A stretch of DNA of 64,000 nucleotides, from NCBI RefSeq assembly GCF_056746865.1, contig NZ_CM163382.1, one strand, 5' to 3'. The translations under genes and the position numbers were made by a program. Under the pieces are notes generated by a model that did no database searches, was not told the origin of the DNA, and saw only the letters and a list, made by a program, of their open reading frames with translations. This document shows positions 1-14,440 of this stretch, one piece after another; position 1 is the stretch's first letter, and each line of letters begins with the position of its first letter.

Positions 1-89
1 TGATAGAGTGCTCCAAGGCTTCCACCGGTCATCAAATAACCGCCGAAAACTGTACCGAGAACAACCAGGTAACCTAATAAGATAAGCAC
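1..89 (-). CDS. motA: Flagellar motor stator protein MotA, 5' end only (gene continues beyond window start)
   Basis: Reverse complement of 1-89 translates VLILLGYLVVLGTVFGGYLMTGGSLGALYQ, matching the MotA N-terminus; GTG start at 87-89. Confidence 0.8.
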   Translation of the reverse strand, partial: MLILLGYLVVLGTVFGGYLMTGGSLGALY

Positions 90-157
90 GACATCATCCT
101 TCCACTGTTGACCATGACAGGATGTTCAGTCGTCAGGCGTTAACGCGCGATTGGGGC

Positions 158-190
158 AAAAAAAGCAGCGGTACGTCGTTACCGCTGCTG
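158..190 (-). terminator. Rho-independent terminator downstream of flhC
   Basis: GC-rich inverted repeat gcagcggtacgtcgttaccgctgc (165-188) preceded on the plus strand by an A-run, i.e. hairpin plus U-run on the minus strand. Confidence 0.6.
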
Positions 191-214
191 GAATGTTGCG
201 CCTCACCGTATCAG

Positions 215-793
215 TTAAACAGCCTGTACTCTCTGTTCATCCAGCAGTTGTGGGATAATATCGGCAGGATTCTGGGAAAGTTTACGTCTTTTTACTGCCC
301 GGGATGGCGGTTGACATAAGCTGCAGGCAAAGCTGCCAACAGGCTGGTGAGCGTGGGTAATAAAATTGCCGCCGCAGCAGTTGCAGCTGGAAAGTTGCAG
401 TAATCCACTTTCAACAAACCGCACCAATGTCCAGGCACGGGTTAATGCCAGCAGTGGTCCTTCTTCTGCTTGTGGGCACTGTTCAAGGTATAAACGGTAG
501 GCTTTGATCACCGCATCGACGCCATTACACAAACCGGTTTTCAGTAAAAACTGCCATGCATTACAGAACATCGAAGCATGAACGTTTTGTTCCCAGGTCA
601 TAAACCAGTCGGTTGAGAATGGCAGCATGCCTTTCGGCGGTGGGCTTCCGCGCAGTTCTTTATAAAGTTTTATCAGGCGTCCGCGACTTAACTGTGTTTC
701 GCTTTCCAGCATCTGCAAACGAGCGCCCAGGGTGATCAATTCCATTGCCAGCTGAATATCCCGCGCTTCCTGAACAATGCTTTTTTCACTCAT
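215..793 (-). CDS. flhC: Flagellar master regulator subunit FlhC
   Basis: 192 aa [23 protein letters not shown]... recognised as FlhC; immediately follows flhD. Confidence 0.96.
258..284 (-). promoter_or_regulatory. Candidate sigma28 (FliA) promoter for motA, inside the flhC 3' coding region
   Basis: Minus strand reads TAAACTTT, 11 nt spacer, GCCGATAT; close match to the sigma28 consensus TAAAGTTT-N11-GCCGATAA. Confidence 0.5.
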
Positions 794-795
794 GA

Positions 796-1146
796 TCAGG
801 CCCTTTTCTTGCGCAGCGCTTCTTCAGGCTGATTAACATCATTCAGCAAGCGTGTTGAGAGCATGATGCCGGTATGAATTTGCTGGAGATCGTCAACGCG
901 GGAATCTTGCGTCAACTGAGTAATCGTCTGGTGGCTGTCAAAACGGAAGTGACAAACCAGTTGATTGGTTTCTGCCAGCTTAACCATTTGCGGAAGAGTC
1001 AGTGCCGCTAACGTTGTCGCCATTTCTTCATTTATGCCGAGACGAAACATAGCGGACGCTTTGTCCTGAACAATCAAACGCTGTGCAAGTAGTAAATATG
1101 ACAAGTTGATGTCATAAATGTGTTTCAGCAACTCGGAGGTATGCAT
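796..1146 (-). CDS. flhD: Flagellar master regulator subunit FlhD
   Basis: ORF 796-1155; start trimmed to [19 protein letters not shown] to match the known 116 aa FlhD. Confidence 0.95.
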
Positions 1147-1420
1147 TATTCCCACCCAGAATAACCAACTTTATTTTTATGCGGTTTCACCGCACCCCGT
1201 GATGTCGCCGGGAAGCCCCGGTAAAAAATAATTAGCATTAGAATAGTTGCGATAAGCTGCAATAAGCAGAACCACCTTTTTGGTTTAATATGTCCTTACA
1301 AATAGAAATGGGTCTTTACACTTATCTAAGATTTTTCCTAAATCGACGCAACTGTACTCGTCACTACACGCACATACAACGGAGGGGGGCTGCGATTTTC
1401 AATAATGTGTGATGCAGATC
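1147..1420 (-). promoter_or_regulatory. flhDC long 5' UTR and promoter region
   Basis: AT-rich non-coding stretch upstream of flhD; flhDC is known to have a roughly 200 nt leader. Exact promoter elements not resolved by eye. Confidence 0.45.
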
Positions 1421-1925
1421 ACACAAAACACTCAATTACTTAACATAAATGTATAAGTCATACTTTTGTTTTGGGTGTATTTCAATCTGTTAAAAAGTTT
1501 TTCGCTACGCTAGCAAGCAAAAATGAAACAGGAATAATCGAAATGGGATGTTGCGCACAGTCAAAATAACTCACCGTAAATAATCATCTGCTATAAATAA
1601 TCACTTTCATGCAATACCAGATAAGCTATTTTTAAACAGACACTTACCGCACAACAAACTAATTAAATACAAAGAAAGGCAACAATCAACTTAATGTTAA
1701 TGAAATGTTTTGCATATATTAACCACTTGTTTAATGCGGAGAATCAGTACACTATTTTCTTATAATTACATTTGAAATTATATGATCACCGGGAGTGATT
1801 GATTAATTGTCTTTACTAATAATCAGACTAATATTTACCTGTTTGACCGAGTTGGGATTGCGTCGTTTCTCCATTAGGAGTAAAGCTTTAATGTCACCTG
1901 AAGTTCACAGAATAAGGAACAGGTT

Positions 1926-2354
1926 ATGAGCTATAGCAATATTCTTGTCGCTGTTGCAGTTACACCGGAAAGTCAGCAACTGCTGGCAAAAGCGGTATCT
2001 ATCGCCAGGCCAGTAAAGGGACACATCAGTTTAATTACTCTCGCTTCCGACCCGGAAATGTACAATCAATTAGCTGCGCCGATGCTTGAAGATTTACGCA
2101 GCGTGATGCAGGAAGAAACGCAAAGCTTTCTTGATAAGTTAATTCAGGATGCGGGGTATCCCGTTGACAAGACGTTTATTGCCTACGGTGAGTTAAGCGA
2201 ACATATTCTGGAAGTATGTCACAAGCATCATTTCGATTTGGTGATTTGCGGTAATCACAATCACAGTTTCTTTTCGCGAGCATCCTGCTCGGCGAAAAGA
2301 GTTATTGCCTCAAGTGAGGTCGATGTGCTGTTAGTTCCACTTACGGGAGATTAA
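1926..2354 (+). CDS. uspC: Universal stress protein C
   Basis: 142 aa ORF MSYSNILVAVAVTPESQQLL..., Usp-family; position between flhD and otsA. Confidence 0.9.
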   Translation: MSYSNILVAVAVTPESQQLLAKAVSIARPVKGHISLITLASDPEMYNQLAAPMLEDLRSVMQEETQSFLDKLIQDAGYPVDKTFIAYGELSEHILEVCHKHHFDLVICGNHNHSFFSRASCSAKRVIASSEVDVLLVPLTGD

Positions 2355-2360
2355 CCGCTC

Positions 2361-5713
<3,353 letters not shown>

Positions 5714-5727
5714 CATACTCTCCTTAC

Positions 5728-7242
5728 TCAGGCAACAGCCTGGCTGACTTTAGGCATCGCAAGGCTCAGTGCCTGACGCTCATCTGCCTGCTCGTGTAAC
5801 AATTCACCGGCGATTTCACCTTCCCGCATCACCACAATCCGGTCGGCAACGCCGAGGACTTCAGGTAAGTCGCTGGAGGCAAACAGCACCGCCACGCCCT
5901 GCGCCGCCAGCGCATAAATTACGTTATATATTTCGTGCTTAGCGCCAACATCAATGCCGCGCGTAGGTTCATCCAGCAAAATGACCTTCATCTCTTCCGA
6001 TAACCAGCGGCCCAGAATGGCTTTTTGCTGATTTCCGCCTGAGAGATTCATGATCAGTTGCTCCGCGCCCGGCGTTTTGATGTTGAGCGAACGAATGTGG
6101 TGATCGGCATTGTTTTCTTCCCAACCGTTGTTGATTACACAACCGCCGAGCACATGTTTACGTCTGGCACTGATGTTGATATTGTCGCGAACGGAGTGCA
6201 CGGGAATAATGCCTTCCGCTTTGCGATCTTCCGGGCAGAGCATCATGCCTGCGGCAATGGCGTGGCTCGGTTTACGAATATCGATCGGCTGTTGGTCGAT
6301 ATAAACCTGACCGGCGGTGATTTGCGTCCCGCCAAACATGCCTTTCATTAATTCGCTACGCCCCGCCCCTACCAGACCAAACAGCCCAACAATTTCACCA
6401 CTGCGAACCGCCAGACTTATTGGCGTACGCACGCCTGGTGCTTTCACAGCATCAAGACGTAGGCGCTCCTCGCCATAACTACGCGGTTGCCAGCCGTAGA
6501 TATCGCCAATGTCGCGCCCGACCATCGCCTGCACCAGCGCGTCGTGGTCAACCTGCTGCATATCGGTAAAGGTTTTGACATAACGTCCATCTTTAAAGAC
6601 AGTAATGGCATCGCTGAGGGCAAATATTTCTTCCATACGGTGAGAAACGTATAAGATTACCCGCCCCTCTTTTCGCAGTTCACGAATAACGCGGAAAAGA
6701 TTGTCGATTTCACGGGCAGAGAGGGAGCTGGTTGGCTCATCAAAGGCGATAATTTTGGCGTTACGCGCCAGCGCTTTGGCGATTTCAACCATCTGCCACT
6801 GACCAATGGAGAGATATTTCAGCGGCGTGTCCGGGTCAATATCCATACCAAGATGTTTAAGTTGTAAACCCGCCTCATAATTCAGCAATGAGCGATTCAC
6901 AATGCCGCCTTTATGCGGCAGCTGGCCGAGATAGATGTTTTCCGCGACGGTCATTTCCGGCACGAGATGCAGTTCCTGGTAAATAATCGCCACGCCCGCG
7001 TTAAGTGCTGCGGTCGTGTCGGAAAAGGACATTTCCTGCCCATTAATCACTACAGAACCCGTGGTTGGCGCATAGTTGCCGCTGAGGATTTTTAAGAGAG
7101 TTGATTTTCCTGCGCCATTTTCACCCATCAACGCATGAACCTGACCGGCATAGCAGTCAAAACTAATATCCGTCAGCGCCTTAACGCCGGGAAACGTTTT
7201 ACCGATGCCGCGAAATGAGAGATACGGGGTAGACTGTTGCAT
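5728..7242 (-). CDS. araG: L-arabinose ABC transporter ATP-binding protein
   Basis: ORF 5728-7287; start trimmed to [17 protein letters not shown] (504 aa); two ABC domains with Walker [10 protein letters not shown]. Confidence 0.92.
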
Positions 7243-7311
7243 AACGTCTCCGTGAATCACTGGTCGTTCACACCCCCTCTGCATCATGCAGAGGGGAATT
7301 TTTCCGGCAAA

Positions 7312-8301
7312 TTACTTACCGCCTAAACCTTTTTTCTCCAGTTCTTCTTTAAAGTTGTCACGCGTGATCAGTACCACGTCGGTAACTTCGGTAAATTTTG
7401 GCGGTTCAACGTCTTTTGCTACCCAGTTGTAAAGCATTTCGCTGGATTTATAGCCATGTACGTCCGGGCTTGGCAGCAGGGAACCGTAGAAGCCGGTTGC
7501 CTGTGCTTTAGACAGTTCGCTCACCGCATCCACACCGTTAATGCCAATGCCGATGATATCGGCCGCTTTAAAGCCCTGACCTTCCGTCGCGCGTACGCCG
7601 CCCAGCACGGTGCTGTCGTTCATACCGACGATCAGCCAATGTTTAACTTCCGGATGTTGAACCAGCATTGAGTTGGCAGCGTCAAATGCCCCCGGGATGT
7701 CGTTAGATTTGGTAGGTACCTGATAAATTTGTTTTTCCGGGAATCCGGCCGCTTTCAGCGCATCCATAGATCCCGTAGTACGGCGGCGGGCGGTATCCAG
7801 TTCGTTGGCGGTAATCGCCATCACCGCGCTTTCTTTGACATCCCAGCCACGTTTCTGCATCTCTTTATACAGTTCCTGGCCCTGACGTTCGCCAATTTTA
7901 GTCGCCGCCATCATCACCAGCGGAACGGTATCCATTGGCTTACCTTTGGCGTTAACAAACTGGTCATCCACGGCAATGACTTTCATATCGTAGCCACGCG
8001 CTTTCGCGACGATGGCAGAGCCGAGTTTGGGGTCCGGAGTACAAATAACGAAACCTTTTGCGCCACTGGCAGCCAGGCTGTCGATCGCGTTCAATGTTTT
8101 TTCGCCATCCGGCACGGCAATCTTAATAACCTCAAACCCTAAATCCTTCCCGGCTTTATCGGCAAACTTCCATTCGGTCTGGAACCACGGCTCTTCCGGT
8201 TGCTTCACCAGAAAACCGAGCTTCAGGTTCTCCGCCATAGCGGATTGTGACATAACGGCTGCCAGACCAATGGCTGCCAGGGCTTTAGTAAATTTGTGCA
8301 T
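7312..8301 (-). CDS. araF: L-arabinose periplasmic binding protein
   Basis: ORF 7312-8352; start trimmed to MHKFTKALAAIGLAAVMSQSAMA (signal peptide), 329 aa. Confidence 0.92.
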   Translation of the reverse strand: MHKFTKALAAIGLAAVMSQSAMAENLKLGFLVKQPEEPWFQTEWKFADKAGKDLGFEVIKIAVPDGEKTLNAIDSLAASGAKGFVICTPDPKLGSAIVAKARGYDMKVIAVDDQFVNAKGKPMDTVPLVMMAATKIGERQGQELYKEMQKRGWDVKESAVMAITANELDTARRRTTGSMDALKAAGFPEKQIYQVPTKSNDIPGAFDAANSMLVQHPEVKHWLIVGMNDSTVLGGVRATEGQGFKAADIIGIGINGVDAVSELSKAQATGFYGSLLPSPDVHGYKSSEMLYNWVAKDVEPPKFTEVTDVVLITRDNFKEELEKKGLGGK

Positions 8302-9097
8302 GGTTCTCTCCAGCTTTAGTGTCGTTTTGTGTAGGGCAAAAACGAATGACATTCGTTAAATTAATCGGAAAACAAAGCATTACCTTTTAACTAAAAGATA
8401 AGTGACTGTGTTGACATAGTTTTAGCGAGAAATTAATTCTCCATAGGAGAGCAATATCACATCGCAGAATTACAGTGAGAACGTGCATAAATTTAGCGGG
8501 AAAAGACATAAGGGAAAGCCAATTTGTCAGACAAATTGTCGAATGCACAGCAGATTAATCCATAAGATTAGCCTGGAAATCCTTGTTGTCTTTGGTACCC
8601 ATGCGGGATGTCTTCTTTTTAACCAGTCAATAGGCCGCATTACCTGGCGTTGAGTTTTTGAAATGGTGTAATAACCGCAACTCAAAGATGTGGAAAATGC
8701 ACGTCATTCATTTCGTCATTAATTATCACTGTGCTCATTAATTAACAGAACACGTATAATGAGAGCCATCTCGCAAAAATGAAAAAACGTTTTATAAAAT
8801 CATCACTTCATCATGAATTCAAATTCATTGATTAATATCAACAAGATACAAAAAGCACTATCATTAAAATTCATTGCAGTTACATTGATTTCATCAATGA
8901 AATGTAAAAATATATAAACTTGATGATTTAAGCATTTTCTTATACCCGTTCAGACGTTATTCTTATTTCAGATCATCGTCAGAATTGACTCCACGATCAC
9001 ATTTCGGACCGGCAGAAAGGAATTATTCTGCAAACAGTAATTATGGTGTTTTGATTTATCTTGCACCTCTCCACTTCTGGATATAAGGATATTAGGT

Positions 9098-9601
9098 ATG
9101 GCAACCGCTGGAATGCTTCTCAAACTCAACTCTCAAATGAACCGCGAGTTTTACGCATCCAATCTCTACCTTCACCTGAGTAACTGGTGTTCTGAACAGA
9201 GTCTGAACGGCACCGCCACTTTCCTTCGCGCCCAGGCACAGAGTAATGTGACCCAAATGATGCGCATGTTTAACTTTATGAAGAGTGTCGGCGCTACCCC
9301 CATCGTTAAAGCCATTGATGTTCCCGGTGAAAAACTGAACTCTCTGGAAGAACTGTTCCAAAAAACGATGGAAGAATACGAGCAACGTTCTAGTACGTTG
9401 GCACAGTTAGCCGATGAAGCGAAAGAACTGAATGATGATTCAACCGTCAATTTCCTGCGCGATCTGGAAAAAGAACAGCAGCATGATGGTCTGTTGCTGC
9501 AAACCATTCTTGATGAAGTGCGCAGTGCGAAACTTGCGGGTATGTGCCCTGTGCAGACCGACCAACATGTTCTGAATGTCGTGTCACACCAGCTGCATTG
9601 A
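9098..9601 (+). CDS. ftnB: Ferritin-like protein FtnB
   Basis: 167 aa ORF with ferritin fold, paralogous to the ftnA product downstream. Confidence 0.88.
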   Translation: MATAGMLLKLNSQMNREFYASNLYLHLSNWCSEQSLNGTATFLRAQAQSNVTQMMRMFNFMKSVGATPIVKAIDVPGEKLNSLEELFQKTMEEYEQRSSTLAQLADEAKELNDDSTVNFLRDLEKEQQHDGLLLQTILDEVRSAKLAGMCPVQTDQHVLNVVSHQLH

Positions 9602-9647
9602 TCATCATCGGCGCTAATGCATTGCGCCGATGAAGGTTTTGAGAAAC

Positions 9648-9684
9648 CGCTGCCTCATCTGTTTGAAGCAGCGGTTTTTTTAAT
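9648..9684 (+). terminator. Rho-independent terminator after ftnB
   Basis: Inverted repeat ccgctgc...gcagcgg followed by ttttttta. Confidence 0.6.
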
Positions 9685-9931
9685 GGGATTCACCCTGTGG
9701 GGTAAACTTGAGTTCAATAAGCGCGATGGCTTTTTGGATTGCCCGCATGGTGACCGGGTCTGCGGCGGCGGGATGGTTAGTAAAGTCGATATTCTTCAGC
9801 TGACTGGACATTTTTTCACGAACTTCAACGGGCGCGATTACATCGAGAACATCCAGAATTTGTTTGATAACCAACTGGCAAGCAACCACATCAGAAACCA
9901 GTTCCTGATCGGCATTCAGCGGCTGGGACAT
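9680..9931 (-). CDS. yecJ: Uncharacterized protein YecJ
   Basis: 83 aa [23 protein letters not shown]... recognised as YecJ. Confidence 0.85.
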
Positions 9932-10012
9932 CGTAAACTCCTGATAGCATTTTGAAAGCCGTTATAGTAGCGGCTTCACATCTTCAGCGATAGTCACATC
10001 CACCGTCATCAG

Positions 10013-10045
10013 GACACAAAAAAACCTGCCGGAGCAGGTTTTTTG
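10013..10045 (-). terminator. Rho-independent terminator downstream of azuC
   Basis: aaaaaaaacctgccggagcaggttttttgtt: hairpin flanked by A-run and T-run (bidirectional in form). Confidence 0.65.
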
Positions 10046-10132
10046 TTATCGGAACATATTGCCTGGCGGTACGTCTTTGAACGTCTTGCAATAGTTATTG
10101 AACATACTTTTCAGTATTTTGCGCAGTTTCAT
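10046..10132 (-). CDS. azuC: Small protein AzuC (28 aa), carried on the IsrB/AzuCR small RNA
   Basis: Minus-strand translation by hand: MKLRKILKSMFNNYCKTFKDVPPGNMFR then stop. Below the ORF-track length cutoff. Confidence 0.8.
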   Translation of the reverse strand: MKLRKILKSMFNNYCKTFKDVPPGNMFR

Positions 10133-10394
10133 CGCGGCACTCCGACCATTTGTTATACAGGTGTTATTGTCTTTGCACTTATAATATGACAACCATCACA
10201 AAAATCAATCTTTATGTGATGTGAATCACATAAATACCCCTTTAATGTTATAAAAATGATAATCAAAAAGCAGCTACCCCATTTCTGACACCTACAGATG
10301 GCAAGAAATAGCGCCTGCCAGGCGTCTTTTCCGGCCATTGTCGCAGCGCTGTAACGCGTAAAATAGTGCTTTCTTTTACTCTTCTGGCTGGACC

Positions 10395-10718
10395 ATGAGA
10401 CTTCTGATTCTGACTCTTTCATTAATAACGCTGGCGGGGTGTACGGTTACTCGCCAGGCCCATGTGAGCGAAGTTGACGCGGCAACAGGTATTGTACGGT
10501 TGGTTTATGACCAGGCTTTTTTGCAGCATGCCCGTACCGATCGTTATGTCAGTCGCGGGATCGCCGATCGCGCATGCCAGCAGGAAGGCTATACCCACGC
10601 TATCCCCTTTGGTCAGCCAGTAGGCAACTGTAGCCTTTTTGCGGGTTCCTTATGTTTAAATACGGAATTCACTTTGTCATATCAGTGCCATCATTCCGCC
10701 TTCCCTGTCTTTCTCTAA
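10395..10718 (+). CDS. yecR: Lipoprotein YecR
   Basis: 107 aa ORF with lipoprotein signal MRLLILTLSLITLAGC. Confidence 0.85.
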   Translation: MRLLILTLSLITLAGCTVTRQAHVSEVDAATGIVRLVYDQAFLQHARTDRYVSRGIADRACQQEGYTHAIPFGQPVGNCSLFAGSLCLNTEFTLSYQCHHSAFPVFL

Positions 10719-10889
10719 ATGTTTTAATCAGCGAGGGGGATCTTCGCTGATTAAATAAATAGCGGTAATGCGTTTTATTCCCATTCGTATTTTTAATAAA
10801 TGAAGTTTATATTTTACCTTTTGCAAATAATAAAATAACAAATTATAGTGACGCCACAGCAACAAATATAACCTTTGTGGAGCACTATC

Positions 10890-11387
10890 ATGCTGAAACC
10901 AGAAATGATTGAAAAACTTAATGAGCAGATGAACCTGGAACTGTACTCTTCACTGCTTTATCAGCAAATGAGCGCCTGGTGCAGCTATCATACCTTCGAA
11001 GGTGCTGCCGCGTTCCTGCGCCGCCACGCCCAGGAAGAGATGACACATATGCAGCGTCTGTTTGATTACCTGACTGATACCGGAAACTTACCACGTATTA
11101 ATACCGTTGAATCTCCGTTTGCTGAATATTCTTCACTTGATGAATTATTCCAGGAAACCTATAAACACGAACAATTAATCACGCAGAAAATTAACGAACT
11201 GGCTCATGCTGCAATGACCAATCAGGACTACCCAACATTTAATTTCCTGCAATGGTATGTTTCTGAGCAGCATGAAGAAGAGAAACTGTTCAAATCGATT
11301 ATTGATAAATTAAGCCTGGCAGGCAAAAGCGGCGAAGGTCTGTATTTTATCGACAAAGAACTCTCTACCCTCGACACACAAAACTAA
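10890..11387 (+). CDS. ftnA: Ferritin FtnA
   Basis: ORF 10875-11387; start trimmed to [21 protein letters not shown] (165 aa). Confidence 0.93.
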
Positions 11388-11424
11388 TGCTCTCAGGCGG
11401 CAGGTTTTCTGCCGCCGTTTCAAA

Positions 11425-11664
11425 TCAGTGACGGCAAATCTTACTCTGATCGGTCGAAAAACCTTCTTCTGAAGGTATAAATTTGCCTTTTGCTGCCAGA
11501 AACGCCACCAGCTCTCCCGCAGTCATCCCTTCTGCCGAGCAGGTGTGAAAACGTGCCTGTTCACCAAAACGCGCTTTAATTGCTGCTTCCAGACTGGCAT
11601 GCGTATATTGCTCGCCTGATTCAATCATCATATTTAACACTTCATGACCGTGAATAGAGTCCAT
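11425..11664 (-). CDS. yecH: Uncharacterized protein YecH
   Basis: 79 aa ORF MDSIHGHEVLNMMIESGEQY...; convergent with ftnA. Confidence 0.85.
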   Translation of the reverse strand: MDSIHGHEVLNMMIESGEQYTHASLEAAIKARFGEQARFHTCSAEGMTAGELVAFLAAKGKFIPSEEGFSTDQSKICRH

Positions 11665-11744
11665 CGTTCCTCCTCAAAAAAAGCCTAGCGTAGCGATTGC
11701 CGCTTATGAAGACTTTGCGCCAGCGCAGAACTAAACGCTTTTAT

Positions 11745-11785
11745 TGTACATTTATATTTACACTATATGTAACGTCGGTTTGACG
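11745..11785 (+). promoter_or_regulatory. Two adjacent TyrR boxes in the tyrP promoter
   Basis: TGTACATTTATATTTACA (11745-11762) is a near-perfect TyrR box (TGTAAA-N6-TTTACA); TGTAACGTCGGTTTGACG (11768-11785) is a weaker second box. Confidence 0.55.
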
Positions 11786-11853
11786 AAGCAGCCGTTATGC
11801 CTTAACCTGCGCCGCAGATATCACTCATAAAGATCGTCAGGACAGAAGAAAGC

Positions 11854-13065
11854 GTGAAAAACAGAACTCTGGGAAGTGTTTTTATCGTGGCGGGAACCAC
11901 AATTGGCGCAGGCATGCTGGCAATGCCGCTGGCTGCGGCCGGTGTTGGTTTTAGCGTTACGTTAATCTTGTTGATTGGGCTTTGGGCGTTGATGTGCTAC
12001 ACGGCGCTATTACTGCTGGAGGTGTACCAGCATGTTCCGGCAGATACCGGTCTTGGCACGCTGGCAAAACGCTATCTGGGACGCTACGGTCAGTGGCTGA
12101 CGGGCTTCAGTATGATGTTCTTAATGTATGCTCTGACTGCGGCATACATCAGCGGTGCCGGTGAATTGTTGGCCTCCAGCATCAGCGACTGGACAGGTAT
12201 TTCAATGTCGGCAACCGCTGGCGTGCTGTTGTTCACTTTTGTTGCTGGTGGCGTGGTTTGTGTCGGGACATCGCTGGTCGATTTGTTTAACCGTTTTCTG
12301 TTCAGCGCCAAAATTATTTTTCTGGTGGTGATGCTGGTATTGCTGCTACCGCATATTCACAAAGTGAATCTTTTAACCCTGCCGTTGCAACAGGGGCTGG
12401 CTCTGTCCGCAATCCCGGTGATTTTTACCTCGTTTGGTTTTCACGGTAGCGTGCCGAGTATTGTCAGCTATATGGATGGCAACGTTCGTAAGCTACGCTG
12501 GGTGTTTATAACCGGTAGTGCTATCCCCCTGGTGGCATATATTTTCTGGCAGGTGGCAACGCTTGGCAGCATTGATTCAACAACCTTTATGGGATTGCTG
12601 GCTAATCATGCTGGATTAAACGGGCTGTTACAGGCGTTACGCGAAATGGTGGCCTCTCCGCATGTTGAGCTGGCAGTGCATTTATTTGCTGATTTAGCCC
12701 TCGCCACGTCATTTCTCGGCGTTGCGTTAGGCTTATTTGATTATCTGGCTGATTTGTTTCAGCGTTCAAATACCGTTGGTGGACGATTGCAAACTGGTGC
12801 AATTACCTTTCTGCCGCCGTTGGCGTTTGCACTGTTTTATCCACGAGGATTTGTGATGGCGCTGGGTTACGCCGGTGTGGCGCTGGCGGTACTGGCATTG
12901 ATTATCCCTTCACTATTGACCTGGCAAAGCAGAAAGCACAATCCTCAGGCGGGTTACCGGGTGAAAGGTGGTCGTCCGGCGCTGGTGGTGGTGTTTCTCT
13001 GTGGTATTGCTGTGATTGGCGTGCAATTTTTGATTGCGGCAGGGTTGTTACCAGAAGTGGGGTGA
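11854..13065 (+). CDS. tyrP: Tyrosine-specific transport protein
   Basis: 403 aa membrane ORF starting at [28 protein letters not shown]... Confidence 0.93.
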   Translation: MKNRTLGSVFIVAGTTIGAGMLAMPLAAAGVGFSVTLILLIGLWALMCYTALLLLEVYQHVPADTGLGTLAKRYLGRYGQWLTGFSMMFLMYALTAAYISGAGELLASSISDWTGISMSATAGVLLFTFVAGGVVCVGTSLVDLFNRFLFSAKIIFLVVMLVLLLPHIHKVNLLTLPLQQGLALSAIPVIFTSFGFHGSVPSIVSYMDGNVRKLRWVFITGSAIPLVAYIFWQVATLGSIDSTTFMGLLANHAGLNGLLQALREMVASPHVELAVHLFADLALATSFLGVALGLFDYLADLFQRSNTVGGRLQTGAITFLPPLAFALFYPRGFVMALGYAGVALAVLALIIPSLLTWQSRKHNPQAGYRVKGGRPALVVVFLCGIAVIGVQFLIAAGLLPEVG

Positions 13066-13126
13066 TCAGATAGCCTCAAATTCCTTATTGGGTGCCAGAA
13101 TTAACGCTGACACCCAATTTGACTTC

Positions 13127-13792
13127 TTAATGCAGGCAGCACTGCTTAAATTTCTTACCACTGCCGCACGGACAAGGATCGTTACGCCCCGGTTTCTCTT
13201 CTGCTTTGATCGGTTGCTGAACAGCTTTTTCCTGCGGATGCGCCATCCAGTATGCATGTAAATCAAGCGCCGCCAGTCGAATGGCATCTACGCTCTCTTC
13301 AAACGCTTCTGGCGACATCTTCTCTACCCGCTCGAAGTTGTCCTCAGTACCGTGCAGCGCTATCGCCTCCAGCGCTGGTTTTAACGAATCGGGCAATGTT
13401 GACCAGTCAGAAAGTGCCACGCCCCGCATATAGCCAAAGCACCACTCCTCAACAATCGTCAGCTCGCTGCCATCAACTTCTCGCAAGCCGAATAGCGGCT
13501 CAAACTGCTCCGGGAATTCGTTCAGACGCTCTGCGGTATCGGCCATATGTTGAAAGGCCAGGTTCATAAAGCGTGTCATCTCTTTCTCAGACGCCCAGCG
13601 CGGCACATAGTCAGCCCCACCCCACACGGCAACCAGCCACTGTGCCGGTTCAATCTCTTGCGGAGAACTCAACACCGCCGTCAATAAACCGTCCAGCTCC
13701 GCCACATCAAGGATGGCGTGGTCAGTGTTGTATTTGGTCAGAATATCGTCCAGCCATTCCAACTCACTTTCGTTTAACGGTCCCGTTTTCAT
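13127..13792 (-). CDS. yecA: UPF0149-family protein YecA with C-terminal SEC-C motif
   Basis: 221 aa ORF ending ...[17 protein letters not shown] (SEC-C metal-binding motif). Confidence 0.9.
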   Translation of the reverse strand: MKTGPLNESELEWLDDILTKYNTDHAILDVAELDGLLTAVLSSPQEIEPAQWLVAVWGGADYVPRWASEKEMTRFMNLAFQHMADTAERLNEFPEQFEPLFGLREVDGSELTIVEEWCFGYMRGVALSDWSTLPDSLKPALEAIALHGTEDNFERVEKMSPEAFEESVDAIRLAALDLHAYWMAHPQEKAVQQPIKAEEKPGRNDPCPCGSGKKFKQCCLH

Positions 13793-13920
13793 ACGCTTTT
13801 CCTTGTGGATCTCAACTCGCCAGCACCTATCTTACATGCCGGTCCGTATCAGAGATACTTTTTGAGTGGCTTTGCCGGTGATTAAAAATTAAGGAGGGTG
13901 TAACGACAAGTTGCAGGCAC

Positions 13921-13945
13921 AAAAAAACCACCCGAAGGTGGTTTC
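13921..13945 (-). terminator. Rho-independent terminator of the glyW-cysT-leuZ tRNA operon
   Basis: aaaaaaaccacccgaaggtggttt: hairpin with U-run on the minus strand just downstream of leuZ. Confidence 0.65.
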
Positions 13946-13987
13946 ACGACACTGCTTATTGCTTTGATTTTATTCTTATCTTTCCCA

Positions 13988-14074
13988 TGGTACCCGGAGC
14001 GGGACTTGAACCCGCACAGCGCGAACGCCGAGGGATTTTAAATCCCTTGTGTCTACCGATTCCACCATCCGGGC
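13988..14074 (-). tRNA. leuZ: tRNA-Leu (anticodon UAA)
   Basis: Reverse complement matches tRNA-Leu GCCCGGATGGTGGAATCGGTAGACACAAGGGATTTAAAATCCCTCGGCGTTCGCGCTGTGCGGGTTCAAGTCCCGCTCCGGGTACCA. Confidence 0.95.
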
Positions 14075-14086
14075 TCGGGAAGAAAG

Positions 14087-14160
14087 TGGAGGCGCGTTCC
14101 GGAGTCGAACCGGACTAGACGGATTTGCAATCCGCTACATAACCGCTTTGTTAACGCGCC
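14087..14160 (-). tRNA. cysT: tRNA-Cys (anticodon GCA)
   Basis: Reverse complement matches GGCGCGTTAACAAAGCGGTTATGTAGCGGATTGCAAATCCGTCTAGTCCGGTTCGACTCCGGAACGCGCCTCCA. Confidence 0.95.
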
Positions 14161-14213
14161 AAATTCTTCAGGCCTTTCAGCCAGACATCCGCTGACGCCG
14201 ATGTCTTTTAAAC

Positions 14214-14289
<76 letters not shown>

Positions 14290-14440
14290 ATTCATCAAGC
14301 AATCAGTTAATCACTTGATTTTATTATCGTCTGGCAATCAGTGCCGCCGTTCGATGCGTTGCATTCTACTTACCTGGCGCGATGAGTCAACGATATTTTT
14401 CACCACTTTTGATCGTTTGCTGAAAATTGCGCCGAAACGA

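Noticed and set aside
10153-10422. 89 aa minus-strand ORF overlapping the yecR start
   Set aside because: Overlaps the yecR signal-peptide region and promoter; no homology recognised; likely spurious.
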